From the NCBI GenBank assembly GCA_028281825.1, contig JANQJC010000006.1:10076-74075 (forward strand): 64,000 nucleotides of DNA, read 5' to 3'. This DNA is from Flavobacteriales bacterium (GTDB taxonomy: Bacteria > Bacteroidota > Bacteroidia > JANQJC01). The position numbers and the translations under genes were made by a program. This document shows positions 38,530 to 48,970 of this stretch, piece after piece (the stretch's first letter is position 1; each line of letters starts with the position of its first letter). Under the pieces are notes generated by a model. That model searched no databases, was not told the origin of the DNA, and worked only from the letters and a program-made list of their open reading frames with translations.

Positions 38530-41154
38530 TTACCTCTTCCGCAACAAGTGGATAAAACCTTTCAACACCCTCGGCTTAACACCAGCAAGATAAATCTCGT
38601 TTACCTCACACACATAGTAGTATACCCCGTCTGAGCAATCCAGTTTGGTATCTTTATTAGTGCCATCCCAACCTACATTAGGGTCTGTGGTCTCGAATAC
38701 CTTATTGCCCCAACGGTTGTATATCTTGATGTCCACGCTTTCTACATACTTGTATGGGAAAGGCCCAAATAGATTATTGAAATTATCCCCATCAGGCGTA
38801 AACACATTAGGCAAGGTATATTCTGGACAATTATCCACACAAATGGTATCTGTTATCTCGCTTTCGTTCAATACTGAATCCATTGAAGTAAGTGCATAGC
38901 ACCCCGCTATCGACTCAAGTTCATCATGAAGGAAAGATGTATCACTCAAATTATAGATGGAAGCTAATAACTCCATATCACCGCCCAACGTAGGTGTGTA
39001 ATACACCCTGTATGAAACCGCATCGTCGTCGCAACTGCCGGTAGGTAAGTCCCAGGTAAGCAGGTTAAATCCTTCACTGCAATTCGGCAATACACTCAAA
39101 GTAGGCGCGCATGGCGGAATAGTATCTAAAGGTACTCCACATAGCTCTTGTGATAGGTTAATCAAAGGAGAAGGCATGTCTTCCCCACTATATTCGCCAT
39201 GCGCCTCAATGTAGTAGCAGTATTCCTCTCCGTTAATCAATCCAGTATCAGAATAAGTAGCCTCAGTTACTTGTGCTATGGAGTCCCAAAGTTGAGTAAT
39301 GTCATTAAAGCGGAATACTGTGTAGTCATAATTATTCCACGGCACATTGAAATCCCATGAAAGAATAAGTGTTCTATCTGTTTCTGTAATAGATTGGAAC
39401 ACGCTTGAAGCATCTGTGCCTCCCACTTCAAAATCATCTCCGTTAACTGTCGCAAATAGCTTTATCTCATAGTGATATGCATTGGCTTCTGTATCAAAGT
39501 CGGTATCAACGTAGATGGTATCACTATCCAAATCGCTTAACTGGTTGCCATTGAAGGTTTGCAATAATTGTGGACTGCTGCCATTAAACCCTGTCGAGCG
39601 ATGTAATTCATACCTATAAGGTCCAGGTATTTGCTGGGTGTCCAATTCTGTTGGTTTCACCCATCTCACTGTCATTTCACCATTGTTGGAGCCAGTAACA
39701 TCAACCGTAACATGGGTAATAATGGGCACATCTTTCTTCAGCTCTGCGCACACTTCCAGTGAAGCATAACTTTCTGAGCCATCGGGATGGCAAGCCACTA
39801 TCATGTAGCAATAATCAACCCCATGCAGTAAATCTAAACCATTATTATCATCCAGGAAACTAGTTGAATTGAGTCCTGTAGTTGTTCCTATCAAGCTGTA
39901 ACCCGTATAAGCAGGGACCCCAGTCTCACATTCATCAGGAATAAATCCGTAGTACCCATCACGACGGTATATTTTATATCCCGTAACCTCTGAACAAATA
40001 CTTGCATCCCAACTCACATTAATGGTAGTTCCAACAGGAGTTGCCTGAGGGTTTTTAGGTGAAGGGCCAACCACGTAAATATCGGTGGTATGAAAGTCCA
40101 CTAACTCTGGATTCCCATCATCTTTTGCCTTAAAGAAAACCTGGTAAGGCTGAAGCCTCACATGCGAGCACTCTGTTTGCCAAGAGAAATTAGTGGTAAC
40201 ATTTCCTGTGCCTGATACTCCTTGTTGAAATTGAGCCGTATTAGGAGGCACTAATGGCCCGCCAGTAGCTGTTAATGTAACTATATCAAAGTCTTCATCT
40301 GTACCAGTTACAGGAAAATCAACCAAGGTACCAGCTTCTACACATATTTCATCTTCAGTCACAATCTCTGGTGGATTGTTCTGGCAATTAAAAACAGTTA
40401 CCTGCAAATCCCTTGTCACTGTTCCTATTAGCTGCCCGTCGCGGTATTCATATATTATCATGGCAAAGTTAAACTCTCCAAGCGGCCCCGTAGGCACATC
40501 CCAAATCAAGTCACCTGTAACTTCATCAACCGTAACCCCTGCTGGAGTGGTATATCCGGGTATTTCTAAGCCATCTAACCCACGGCAAACTGTCAACCTA
40601 TAGGCAAGGCTATCACCTTCAGCGTCATACGCACCTGGATTATGAATAAATACCTGGTTAATACACGCATCATCAATTGGGGGGTTAAGTAACACAGGCG
40701 TACTATTATTCCCGTAAAATGGATTAGCAATCAATGTAGTCTCCACATAAAAAGGAATGTTAACCGAATTGGGGATATTCTGCACCAAGCTGTTCCTATT
40801 GGCATCCTCAAATGAGATAGTATAGCTTCCAGGGCCGGCGTAGGTGTGGACTCCAACATAGATGTTCTTCTTTAAGTCAGCCCCGGAAATCTGTTCGCCC
40901 ATAAGCGCTCCTACAGTTGAACAAGTGCCTGATGGTCCATTAACGCGAGGTAATGTATCCAAAGTCCCATCTCCCCAATAAAGCCCTAACTCACATCTAT
41001 CAGCAGAATTATCTATTGTGTAGGTTGTAATGGTAACCTCATAGGTAAGGCCATTGATATGGCGATAGGTAATTTCACCAGCACGGTTATGGGTGGCATG
41101 TGCCACAAAAGCTGTTAGAAGAACAAATATTACTGAGGAAATTACTTTTTTCAT
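38530..41154 (-). CDS. Large T9SS cargo protein with type B (gliding-motility-associated) C-terminal domain; Ig/FN3-like repeats
   Basis: Signal peptide MKKVISSVIFVLLTAFVAHA. C-terminus CPEYTLPNVFTPDGDNFNNLF...KIYNRWGNKVFET...GVYYYVCEVN. Start chosen at MKKV (41154). Confidence 0.75.
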   Translation of the reverse strand: MKKVISSVIFVLLTAFVAHATHNRAGEITYRHINGLTYEVTITTYTIDNSADRCELGLYWGDGTLDTLPRVNGPSGTCSTVGALMGEQISGADLKKNIYVGVHTYAGPGSYTISFEDANRNSLVQNIPNSVNIPFYVETTLIANPFYGNNSTPVLLNPPIDDACINQVFIHNPGAYDAEGDSLAYRLTVCRGLDGLEIPGYTTPAGVTVDEVTGDLIWDVPTGPLGEFNFAMIIYEYRDGQLIGTVTRDLQVTVFNCQNNPPEIVTEDEICVEAGTLVDFPVTGTDEDFDIVTLTATGGPLVPPNTAQFQQGVSGTGNVTTNFSWQTECSHVRLQPYQVFFKAKDDGNPELVDFHTTDIYVVGPSPKNPQATPVGTTINVSWDASICSEVTGYKIYRRDGYYGFIPDECETGVPAYTGYSLIGTTTGLNSTSFLDDNNGLDLLHGVDYCYMIVACHPDGSESYASLEVCAELKKDVPIITHVTVDVTGSNNGEMTVRWVKPTELDTQQIPGPYRYELHRSTGFNGSSPQLLQTFNGNQLSDLDSDTIYVDTDFDTEANAYHYEIKLFATVNGDDFEVGGTDASSVFQSITETDRTLILSWDFNVPWNNYDYTVFRFNDITQLWDSIAQVTEATYSDTGLINGEEYCYYIEAHGEYSGEDMPSPLINLSQELCGVPLDTIPPCAPTLSVLPNCSEGFNLLTWDLPTGSCDDDAVSYRVYYTPTLGGDMELLASIYNLSDTSFLHDELESIAGCYALTSMDSVLNESEITDTICVDNCPEYTLPNVFTPDGDNFNNLFGPFPYKYVESVDIKIYNRWGNKVFETTDPNVGWDGTNKDTKLDCSDGVYYYVCEVNEIYLAGVKPRVLKGFIHLLRKR

Positions 41155-41279
41155 ATGGGTATCTCCCACAAAAATCGTGCTGCTATTACAAAACTCTAAG
41201 TTAGGGAATTTATTTTGTCAATCATCTTAAAAAAACCGCATTATATACCAATCAGCCTACCTTTTGGATAGCTCGCATT

Positions 41280-42404
41280 CTAGTAATTGATTACCTGCTG
41301 CTCTATTGCCTCTGGCAAATCCCTATACTCATATTGTTGTGTTCTCAACTGTGGTTCATATCCCGCCTCTTGAATAGCTTGCTGAATACCATCTGCTGTA
41401 AACCTATGCGGTGCACCGGCAGCAGATACCACATTCTCCTCAATCATAATAGAACCAAAGTCGTTGGCGCCTGCATGGAGGCACAACTGGCCTACCTCTT
41501 TACCCACTGTCAACCAAGAAGCCTGTATATTAACTACATTAGGCAACATGATACGACTAATAGCAATCATTCTCACATATTCATCACCACTTGTATGATT
41601 GCGAATACCTTTCACCCTATTCAATAATGTACCATCATCCTGAAAAGGCCATGGAATGAAAGCCAAAAAGCCTTTTGCATTTTCTGGCTTTTCTGACTGC
41701 ACCTCTCTCAGCCAAACCAGATGCTCAAAGCGCTCCTCCAAAGTCTCGATATGCCCAAACATCATAGTTGCCGATGTTGTAATATCCAGTTGATGAGCGG
41801 CACGCATCACATCTAACCACTCTTGCCCACCGCACTTGCCTTTGGATATCATCCTGCGCACCCTGTCATTCAATATCTCTGCACCAGCACCAGGCAATGA
41901 ATCAAGCCCTGATTCCTTTAAAGCTTTCAGTACCTCCATATGTGTTGAACCCTCCAGCTTAGTAATGTGAGCTATCTCGGGAGGCCCCAAAGCATGCAGT
42001 TTCAAATTAGGGTAAAGACTTTTCAATTCACGGAAAAGGCCAGTGTAATACTCCAGTCCCAAATCTGGGTGGTGACCTCCTTGTAATAATAGCTGCTCAC
42101 CACCGTACCTAAATGTCTCCTCTATCTTTTGCTTATACTCTTCAATGGTGGTAATATAGGCTTCTTTGTGCCCAGGGATACGATAGAAATTACAAAATTT
42201 GCAGTTGGCAATGCATACGTTAGTCGTGTTGGCATTACGGTCTATAATCCAGGTTACCTTATTGCTTGGCACCTGCTTTTGGCGCAATTGATTACCCACC
42301 CAAGCCAACTCGGCGGTAGGAGCATGTTCAAATAAATACTGTCCTTCTTCGGCAGTTAAAAACTCCAAATTCAAGGCACGTTCAAAAAGCAAATCTGTAT
42401 TCAT
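41280..42404 (-). CDS. Radical SAM enzyme of the futalosine menaquinone pathway (MqnC/MqnE family; cannot separate cyclase from aminofutalosine synthase by eye)
   Basis: CIANCKFCNFYR CxxxCxxC cluster motif. ~370 aa. Matches the CofH/MqnC/MqnE architecture. Confidence 0.6.
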   Translation of the reverse strand: MNTDLLFERALNLEFLTAEEGQYLFEHAPTAELAWVGNQLRQKQVPSNKVTWIIDRNANTTNVCIANCKFCNFYRIPGHKEAYITTIEEYKQKIEETFRYGGEQLLLQGGHHPDLGLEYYTGLFRELKSLYPNLKLHALGPPEIAHITKLEGSTHMEVLKALKESGLDSLPGAGAEILNDRVRRMISKGKCGGQEWLDVMRAAHQLDITTSATMMFGHIETLEERFEHLVWLREVQSEKPENAKGFLAFIPWPFQDDGTLLNRVKGIRNHTSGDEYVRMIAISRIMLPNVVNIQASWLTVGKEVGQLCLHAGANDFGSIMIEENVVSAAGAPHRFTADGIQQAIQEAGYEPQLRTQQYEYRDLPEAIEQQVINY

Positions 42405-42516
42405 TCCGCAATCTTATCAATAGCTGAAACAATCTTTCAGCTAAATGGTTCTACTGGCTTTCCTTTAATCCAATGGATTTTTAAGTACTTTTACCCGTTC
42501 AAAATTACGACTAATT

Positions 42517-43953
42517 ATGAACACGGCAATCAAGAAGGTCTCCAAGCTATCTGCCAAAGACAATATTGTACTTTTAGCCAACAAGAATAGCGACTTTAAA
42601 CCCTATGGTTTTTCTGACAAGGAGTTGAAATATGTAGTAGACCAGGTTTATAAAAAGAAAAGTGAGATAGTTACCATCAACCGCTATGAGCGGGTGATAT
42701 TTGTAGTACCAATAGACCGCAAAGGTGAAGAACACAAAGTATATGAGCGCGCCCGCACCAATGCTTTTGAGATTATTGCTGAAGCAAACAAGCACAAGCT
42801 AAAGGAACTCACAGTTGTTGATGTTGAATCAAATGATAATATTCTCAAGGCTTTTGTTGAAGGCCTGGCCCTATCTAACTATCGTTTCCTGAAGTATTTT
42901 AAAGACGCCAAAGAGAGAGAAAGTTCTCTTAAATCAGTAAAGATTTTGGCGGCAGGAATCAATAAAGCTGATATTGACCTGCTGACTGCAGTTGTTGAAG
43001 GCACTTGCTTTGCCCGTGACTTGGTTAATGAGCCACTATCATACCTAACGGCACCACAATTATCCAAAGAGATAACAGCCGCAGGTAAAAAAACTGGCTT
43101 TAAGGTAGAAGTATTCAATAAGGCTAAGATAGAGTCCCTTAAAATGGGTGGCTTGTTGGCAGTAAATAAAGGTAGTGTTGACCCTCCAACATTTAATATC
43201 CTGGAATGGAAACCTTCAAAAGCCAAAAACAAAAAGCCTATTGTGTTTGTAGGCAAAGGAGTAGTTTATGATACAGGTGGGTTGAGCCTTAAGCCTACAA
43301 AAGGCAGCATGGACATGATGAAGTGCGATATGGGAGGTGCAGCTTCTGTTGTTGGCGCCCTCTATGCCATTGCCAAAGCAAAGCTACCCGTCCATGTTAT
43401 AGGTTTGGTGCCTGCTACTGATAATCGCCCCGGTGGCAATGCATACGCTCCGGGCGATGTTGTGAAAATGCACAATGGGATGACAGTTGAAGTGCTCAAT
43501 ACCGATGCAGAAGGGCGCATGCTTTTGGCTGATGCGCTGAGTTATGCCCAAAAATATGAACCTGAGCTAGTAATTGACCTTGCCACCCTGACTGGCGCCG
43601 CTGTTGCTGCAATAGGCAAATATGGTATAGTAGCCATGGGCACCGCCTCTGAAAAAGAAAAGAACAAATTGAAAGATAGCGGCAAAAGGGTTTATGAGCG
43701 ATTGGTAGAATTCCCATTTTGGGATGAATATGGCGACTTGCTAAAGTCTGAAATAGCCGATATGAAAAACATTGGCGGACCATATGCAGGTTCTATCACA
43801 GCTGGCAAGTTTTTGGAGAAATTTACACAATACCCTTGGATGCATTTTGATATTGCAGGCCCTGCCTGGGTAGAAGCAGGAGATAACTACAGGGGTAAAG
43901 GTGGAACAGGCGTTGGCGTGAGGCTGCTTTTTGATTACATAAAAGGACTTTAA
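42517..43953 (+). CDS. pepA: Leucyl aminopeptidase (M17 family)
   Basis: VLNTDAEGRMLLADAL and GKGVVYDTGG metal-site motifs. Confidence 0.9.
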   Translation: MNTAIKKVSKLSAKDNIVLLANKNSDFKPYGFSDKELKYVVDQVYKKKSEIVTINRYERVIFVVPIDRKGEEHKVYERARTNAFEIIAEANKHKLKELTVVDVESNDNILKAFVEGLALSNYRFLKYFKDAKERESSLKSVKILAAGINKADIDLLTAVVEGTCFARDLVNEPLSYLTAPQLSKEITAAGKKTGFKVEVFNKAKIESLKMGGLLAVNKGSVDPPTFNILEWKPSKAKNKKPIVFVGKGVVYDTGGLSLKPTKGSMDMMKCDMGGAASVVGALYAIAKAKLPVHVIGLVPATDNRPGGNAYAPGDVVKMHNGMTVEVLNTDAEGRMLLADALSYAQKYEPELVIDLATLTGAAVAAIGKYGIVAMGTASEKEKNKLKDSGKRVYERLVEFPFWDEYGDLLKSEIADMKNIGGPYAGSITAGKFLEKFTQYPWMHFDIAGPAWVEAGDNYRGKGGTGVGVRLLFDYIKGL

Positions 43954-43970
43954 ATTGAGGGTGGACTTGA

Positions 43971-45035
43971 ATGGGTAAAAATCAAGAGGATAGGATAAAA
44001 GTAGGCATCACCCAGGGTGATGTGAATGGTGTTGGGTTAGAAATTGTCATGAAGGCATTTCAAGACCCATTGATGTATGATTTGTGCACACCTGTTTTAT
44101 ATGGCTCCACAAAGGCAATTGCTTATCACAAAAAAGCCATTGATATGGAAGATTTTAACTATCAGAGAGTTGATAGTGCTGACAAGGCCCTTCCAAAAAA
44201 GTTTAACCTTATCAACTGCATTAATGATGAACCCAAAATTGAGTTGGGACAATCAACCGAAGATGGAGGCAGGTTTGCTCTTGAGTCATTAAAAGCCGCA
44301 GCCGTAGACCTCAGTACTGGAAAGATTGATGTAGTTGTTACTGCCCCTGTGGATAAACACAGCCTGGACTTGGTGGGCTTTGGCTTTCCCGGACAAACGG
44401 AGTTTTTCACCAATACCTTTGAGAACAAAGAAAGCCTGATGATATTGGTGGGCGAAAAGTTGAAAGTAGCGCTTGTAACTGGTCACGTTCCTGTTAAGGA
44501 TATTACTGCTAATCTCACGAAAGAAAAGATTGTACAGAAATTGAAGCTATTCAATGCCAGTTTGAAGCAAGACTTTGGTATTCGCAAGCCAAAAATTGCA
44601 GTGCTTTCACTCAATCCACATGCGGGTGATGGCGGATTGATTGGCAAGGAAGACGAAGAAATCATTAAGCCGGCATTGCAAGAGGCTGAAAAGCAAAACA
44701 TTTTTGTCCAGGGCCCCTACCCTGCCGATGGCTTGTTTGGCTCACAAAACTATGCCCAGTTTGATGGCATTTTAGCCATGTATCACGATCAGGGATTGGC
44801 ACCCTTTAAGGCATTGAGTTTTGGCGGTGGGGTCAACTTCACAGCTGGTTTACCTGTTATCAGGACTTCACCTGACCACGGCACAGCTTATGATATTGCG
44901 GGCAAAGGCCAGGCATCACCTGACTCCTTCCGCCAGGCCATCTATACCGCATGCGATATTTTCAGATTAAGAAACGAATATAAAGAGCTAACAGCTAACC
45001 CCTTGAAGCAGGGAGTTTACAAAGGAGATAGGTGA
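43971..45035 (+). CDS. pdxA: 4-hydroxythreonine-4-phosphate dehydrogenase
   Basis: PdxA signature segments GHVPVKDI and NPHAGDGGLIGKEDEEIIKPA. 354 aa. Confidence 0.85.
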   Translation: MGKNQEDRIKVGITQGDVNGVGLEIVMKAFQDPLMYDLCTPVLYGSTKAIAYHKKAIDMEDFNYQRVDSADKALPKKFNLINCINDEPKIELGQSTEDGGRFALESLKAAAVDLSTGKIDVVVTAPVDKHSLDLVGFGFPGQTEFFTNTFENKESLMILVGEKLKVALVTGHVPVKDITANLTKEKIVQKLKLFNASLKQDFGIRKPKIAVLSLNPHAGDGGLIGKEDEEIIKPALQEAEKQNIFVQGPYPADGLFGSQNYAQFDGILAMYHDQGLAPFKALSFGGGVNFTAGLPVIRTSPDHGTAYDIAGKGQASPDSFRQAIYTACDIFRLRNEYKELTANPLKQGVYKGDR

Positions 45036-45113
45036 AATAAATAATCCTTTTTTAGCCTTTTATTATCCAATCATATTTTTTACCTTTGCGACCCTCTTTG
45101 AAAAATTGGGTCG

Positions 45114-45632
45114 ATGGATGAGTTTAATATCAAGTTTGCCGGGTTGAAAAATGGGAAACATGAATTTGATTTCGCCATCACCAATAAGTTCTTTGAAGAT
45201 ATTGATTACAGTGAGATACGTGATGGCAACGTAGCTGTGAAAATGGAGATGGACAAAGGAGAAACCATGTTGGTTTTGCAATTTGACATCACTGGTGGAA
45301 TAGAAACCACTTGCGACCGTTGTGCAGTTGGCTTTACTTATCCCATACACACAGAGCAGAAGCTCATCATAAAGCTAGGCAATGAGGCCGTTGAAGAAAG
45401 TGATGATGTTATCGTGATACCAAGAACGGAGCACTCTATAAGTGTCAAGCAATTCATTTATGAGTTCATTAGCCTGCAGTTGCCAGTAAGAAAAACTGCT
45501 TGTAATGATGAAGAGAATAATGACCTGTGTGATAAAGATGTAATCGGGAAAATAGAAAGGGAAAACAAAGAGAAAAAAGAGATGGACCCACGATGGGCCG
45601 CTCTTGAAAAATTAGTATCGGATAAAAAATAA
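45114..45632 (+). CDS. DUF177 (YceD-like) protein
   Basis: Conserved position upstream of rpmF. Cys pairs CDRC...C match the YceD pattern. Confidence 0.7.
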   Translation: MDEFNIKFAGLKNGKHEFDFAITNKFFEDIDYSEIRDGNVAVKMEMDKGETMLVLQFDITGGIETTCDRCAVGFTYPIHTEQKLIIKLGNEAVEESDDVIVIPRTEHSISVKQFIYEFISLQLPVRKTACNDEENNDLCDKDVIGKIERENKEKKEMDPRWAALEKLVSDKK

Positions 45633-45644
45633 ACATAGTATAAA

Positions 45645-45830
45645 ATGGCACATCCTAAACGAAAAATTTCGAAAACAAGGAGAGATAAAAGAAGAACTCA
45701 CCTAAAAGTAGATGCTCCTACTATTGCTATATGCACAACAACTGGCGAGCCACACTTGTACCACAGAGCTCACTGGTATGAAGGCAAACTTTACTACAAA
45801 GGTAAAGTGGTAATGGAGAAAGAGGCTTAA
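45645..45830 (+). CDS. rpmF: 50S ribosomal protein L32
   Basis: [42 protein letters not shown]... with L32 zinc-ribbon-like cysteines. Confidence 0.9.
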   Translation: MAHPKRKISKTRRDKRRTHLKVDAPTIAICTTTGEPHLYHRAHWYEGKLYYKGKVVMEKEA

Positions 45831-45930
45831 TAAAAAGCTCCGCCTACTTCCTAGATATTCGAAAGGTGACTCAATGGGTTGCCTTTTTTTGTTGGGGGTA
45901 ATCCACATTTTGATACCGAGAGTTTTGTCT

Positions 45931-46230
45931 TTACAAATTACCATAATTTGAATGTACCTCTTCTTTTGATAGATTCTTTAGAGTGGGCGCTCCACCGCCA
46001 TGCATTTCACTTTGCGGATATGATAGCTCCCAATATCTGTAATCATCTGGGTCAATAAACAATCTAGCCCAACCTGCTTTGTCAATACCCACCTCAATTA
46101 GACATTCTGAAATCAGCATGTCAATTCTTTTAGTAGTGTCATCAGCGACTAACTTGTTTCCATTAACTCTCCAGTTACCCTTTAATTCTTTTTCATACGA
46201 TTTTAATTTCATTATTTCCAAATTTAGCAA
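45931..46230 (-). CDS. Hypothetical small protein (possible orphan immunity-type protein)
   Basis: 99-aa ORF with no catalytic motif. Contains conserved-looking W..GGG region (RYWELSYPQSEMHGGGAP). Located in an insertion between rpmF and fabH. Confidence 0.3.
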   Translation of the reverse strand: MLNLEIMKLKSYEKELKGNWRVNGNKLVADDTTKRIDMLISECLIEVGIDKAGWARLFIDPDDYRYWELSYPQSEMHGGGAPTLKNLSKEEVHSNYGNL

Positions 46231-46251
46231 GTATATGGTAAAACTATTCCC

Positions 46252-46653
46252 CTACCTCACAAAAGCAACTAGCTCACCCTTATCACAAGATTGAAAACCC
46301 ATAGCTTCATAAAATCCACGCGTTTCGGGGTTGTCGTCTGTTAAAAGCACTTTCTGCCTTACCTGTTTAAATTCCCCTAGTGCCTTTTGCATGAGGGTTT
46401 TACCAATGCCCTTTCTTTTGTAAGCCTTAAGCACTAATATGTCCTGTATATAGACTATGGTTTGTCCATCACCTACTATGCGGATAAGCCCTACTAGTCT
46501 ATCTCCATCACGGGCAGTTAATACATACAAAGAGCCTTTGATTGCTTTAACCAAAACATCAGGTTGCGTAGTGTAAGCTCCCCACCCTGCATCGTTATAC
46601 AAGTCAAGCAAGTCTTGTTGGGATATCTTGGTTTCTTGCTGGTAGGTAATCAA
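46252..46653 (-). CDS. GNAT-family N-acetyltransferase
   Basis: Acetyl-CoA binding motif A RKGIGKTLMQKAL. 133 aa. Confidence 0.75.
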   Translation of the reverse strand: MITYQQETKISQQDLLDLYNDAGWGAYTTQPDVLVKAIKGSLYVLTARDGDRLVGLIRIVGDGQTIVYIQDILVLKAYKRKGIGKTLMQKALGEFKQVRQKVLLTDDNPETRGFYEAMGFQSCDKGELVAFVR

Positions 46654-47240
46654 AGATTCTCTTCTTTTAAAACATTGGCCTCTTGAAGTATCTGTATCAA
46701 GTAACGAGCTTCGGGCTCTTCAATATTATCGCCTACTTCAATCGTCTTCATTCCATAATCAAACTTCAAAGCTCCTGTTTTCTTTGAATCATCATCTTTA
46801 CCGCCAAGCCTAACTTTCCAGGGAGATTCAGATTGACTAAAGTCATCATTTAAAGAAAAGTTGGTGATACTGCCAATGCTGTATACTTTTTTCCTCGAGA
46901 AGATATAATAACTCCTAAAAACTCTGAGTTGACCATCTTCAAAAACAAGGTGTTCTTTTCCGAAGAGCATATAAATGATTACCCTCATTGCAGAAAAACC
47001 ACCAAAAGTCCAACCAGCAATCCAGAACATAAGAAAGCCGCTGGACGCTAATTCAGAACTTTTAAAAAGTGAGTTAATAGCTGTGTACTCACCAATCGCC
47101 CAAAAAAACATCCAAACCAACAAAAAGAGAATGGCAAACGGCTCCTTAGGAGCAGGGATATCTATCTTTATACCGCGCATAGTTTTTTCTATTGCAGCCT
47201 TCGCTGGATAAGGTCTTTCTATCTTTTCACTTCCAAACAT
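46650..47240 (-). CDS. Hypothetical membrane protein (2 TM + soluble C-terminal domain), translationally coupled to the GNAT gene
   Basis: TM segments FAILFLLVWMFFWAIGEY and FLMFWIAGWTFGGF. Stop overlaps the GNAT start (ATGA). Confidence 0.4.
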   Translation of the reverse strand: MFGSEKIERPYPAKAAIEKTMRGIKIDIPAPKEPFAILFLLVWMFFWAIGEYTAINSLFKSSELASSGFLMFWIAGWTFGGFSAMRVIIYMLFGKEHLVFEDGQLRVFRSYYIFSRKKVYSIGSITNFSLNDDFSQSESPWKVRLGGKDDDSKKTGALKFDYGMKTIEVGDNIEEPEARYLIQILQEANVLKEENL

Positions 47241-47385
47241 TTATTTCATTGAAATAAGCACATTCGCAATTTATAATTTAGTAATGAAATACCACTCATT
47301 ACCTTATACTATGTTTATGAAGTATAGAATTTGATTTTTATTGAAATACCGTACCTTTCCGCCCTGAAACCAAACCTCTTAAAGA

Positions 47386-48375
47386 ATGACTAAAACGCGG
47401 GCAGCTATAACCTGTGTAAACGCTTGGGCTCCAGACTATGTCCTCACTAATAAGGAGTTGGAGAAAATGGTTGATACAAGCGATGAATGGATACTAACGC
47501 GTACTGGTATCAGTGAGCGAAGGATACTAAAAGACAAAGACAAAGGCACATCATACCTGGGTGCCAAGGCCGTAAAAGGTTTGTGCGAAAAAGCAGGCAT
47601 TTCACCTGAAGAAATTGACCTCTTGATATGCGCTACAGCCACACCTGATATGATGTTCCCTGCAACAGCCAATATCATCGCAGATAAAGTTGGTGCTAAA
47701 AACGCTTTCAGTTATGATATTATGGCAGCATGTTCAGGTTTTATTTACTCAATAACAACCGCATCCAAATTTATAGAGACAGGTACTTACAAAAAAGTAG
47801 TAGTTGTGGGTGCCGATAAAATGTCGTCTATCATTGATTATACAGACCGCCAAACCTGTGTAATATTTGGCGATGCAGCTGGCGCCGTGCTTCTAGAAGC
47901 TGATGATAGTGGCAATGGCATAATGGATGCTATATTGCATTCTGATGGTTCTGGCTGTCAACATTTGCATATGAAAGCAGGTGGCTCAGTTAAGCCGGCT
48001 AGCCATGAGACAGTTGATGCCCGTGAGCATTACGTTTACCAGGAAGGTAAGCACGTTTTTAAATTTGCTGTAACCAATATGGCAGATGTATCTGCTGAGA
48101 TAATGGAAAAGAACAATCTCACCAGTGATGATGTAGCCTATCTGGTGCCTCACCAGGCCAATAAACGCATTATTGACGCGACGGCTGACCGCATGGGTAT
48201 CAGTAGTGATAAAGTCATGTTAAATATTCAACGGTATGGAAACACCACCAATGGTACAATACCCATGTGTTTGTTTGAGTGGGAAAACAAGCTTAATAGA
48301 GGCGATAACCTAATACTGGCAGCCTTTGGCGGTGGATTTACCTGGGGCGCTGTGTATGTAAAATGGGCTTATTAG
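47386..48375 (+). CDS. fabH: 3-oxoacyl-ACP synthase III
   Basis: Active-site AACSGF. C-terminal GGGFTWGA. 329 aa. Confidence 0.9.
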   Translation: MTKTRAAITCVNAWAPDYVLTNKELEKMVDTSDEWILTRTGISERRILKDKDKGTSYLGAKAVKGLCEKAGISPEEIDLLICATATPDMMFPATANIIADKVGAKNAFSYDIMAACSGFIYSITTASKFIETGTYKKVVVVGADKMSSIIDYTDRQTCVIFGDAAGAVLLEADDSGNGIMDAILHSDGSGCQHLHMKAGGSVKPASHETVDAREHYVYQEGKHVFKFAVTNMADVSAEIMEKNNLTSDDVAYLVPHQANKRIIDATADRMGISSDKVMLNIQRYGNTTNGTIPMCLFEWENKLNRGDNLILAAFGGGFTWGAVYVKWAY

Positions 48376-48447
48376 CAAATTTTGTTTGCATATCACTTTC
48401 ATAATTAGCAATTTCACTTCATATTTGACCCACGAAAACTGAGGATA

Positions 48448-48951
48448 ATGGAGCTTAAGGAAATACAAGATCTCATCAAATTTGTTGCTAAATCTGGTGT
48501 TAGCGAAGTTGAGATAGAATCTAAAGGGTTTAAAATCACCATAAAAACGCCTCCTGGTAAAAAAGGTAGTGCAACTATTGAGCAACCCGTGGTACAAACC
48601 CAAATGGCTGTTCCAGCGCAAGTAGTAGCGCCAGTTCAGGCCTCGCCACAACCTGCTGCTCAGCCTGCCGCTGAAAAAGAGGAGAAACCAGCTCCGAAAG
48701 AGGCTGATAACACAAAAGAATTCCCTTCACCAATGATAGGTACTTTCTATCGCTCATCTTCACCTGAGAAACCACCATTTGTAAATGTGGGTGACGAAGT
48801 AAAGAAAGGAGACATCCTGTGTATTATAGAAGCTATGAAGCTCTTCAATGAGATTGAAGCAGAATATTCAGGCAAGATAGTAAAGGTATTGGTTGATGAC
48901 TCTTCTCCTGTTGAATATGAGCAACCTTTGTTCCTTATTGAACCTCATTGA
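48448..48951 (+). CDS. accB: Acetyl-CoA carboxylase biotin carboxyl carrier protein
   Basis: Ala/Pro-rich linker. Biotinyl-lysine motif [14 protein letters not shown]. Confidence 0.85.
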   Translation: MELKEIQDLIKFVAKSGVSEVEIESKGFKITIKTPPGKKGSATIEQPVVQTQMAVPAQVVAPVQASPQPAAQPAAEKEEKPAPKEADNTKEFPSPMIGTFYRSSSPEKPPFVNVGDEVKKGDILCIIEAMKLFNEIEAEYSGKIVKVLVDDSSPVEYEQPLFLIEPH

Positions 48952-48970
48952 TAATCAATAATTATAGGTT

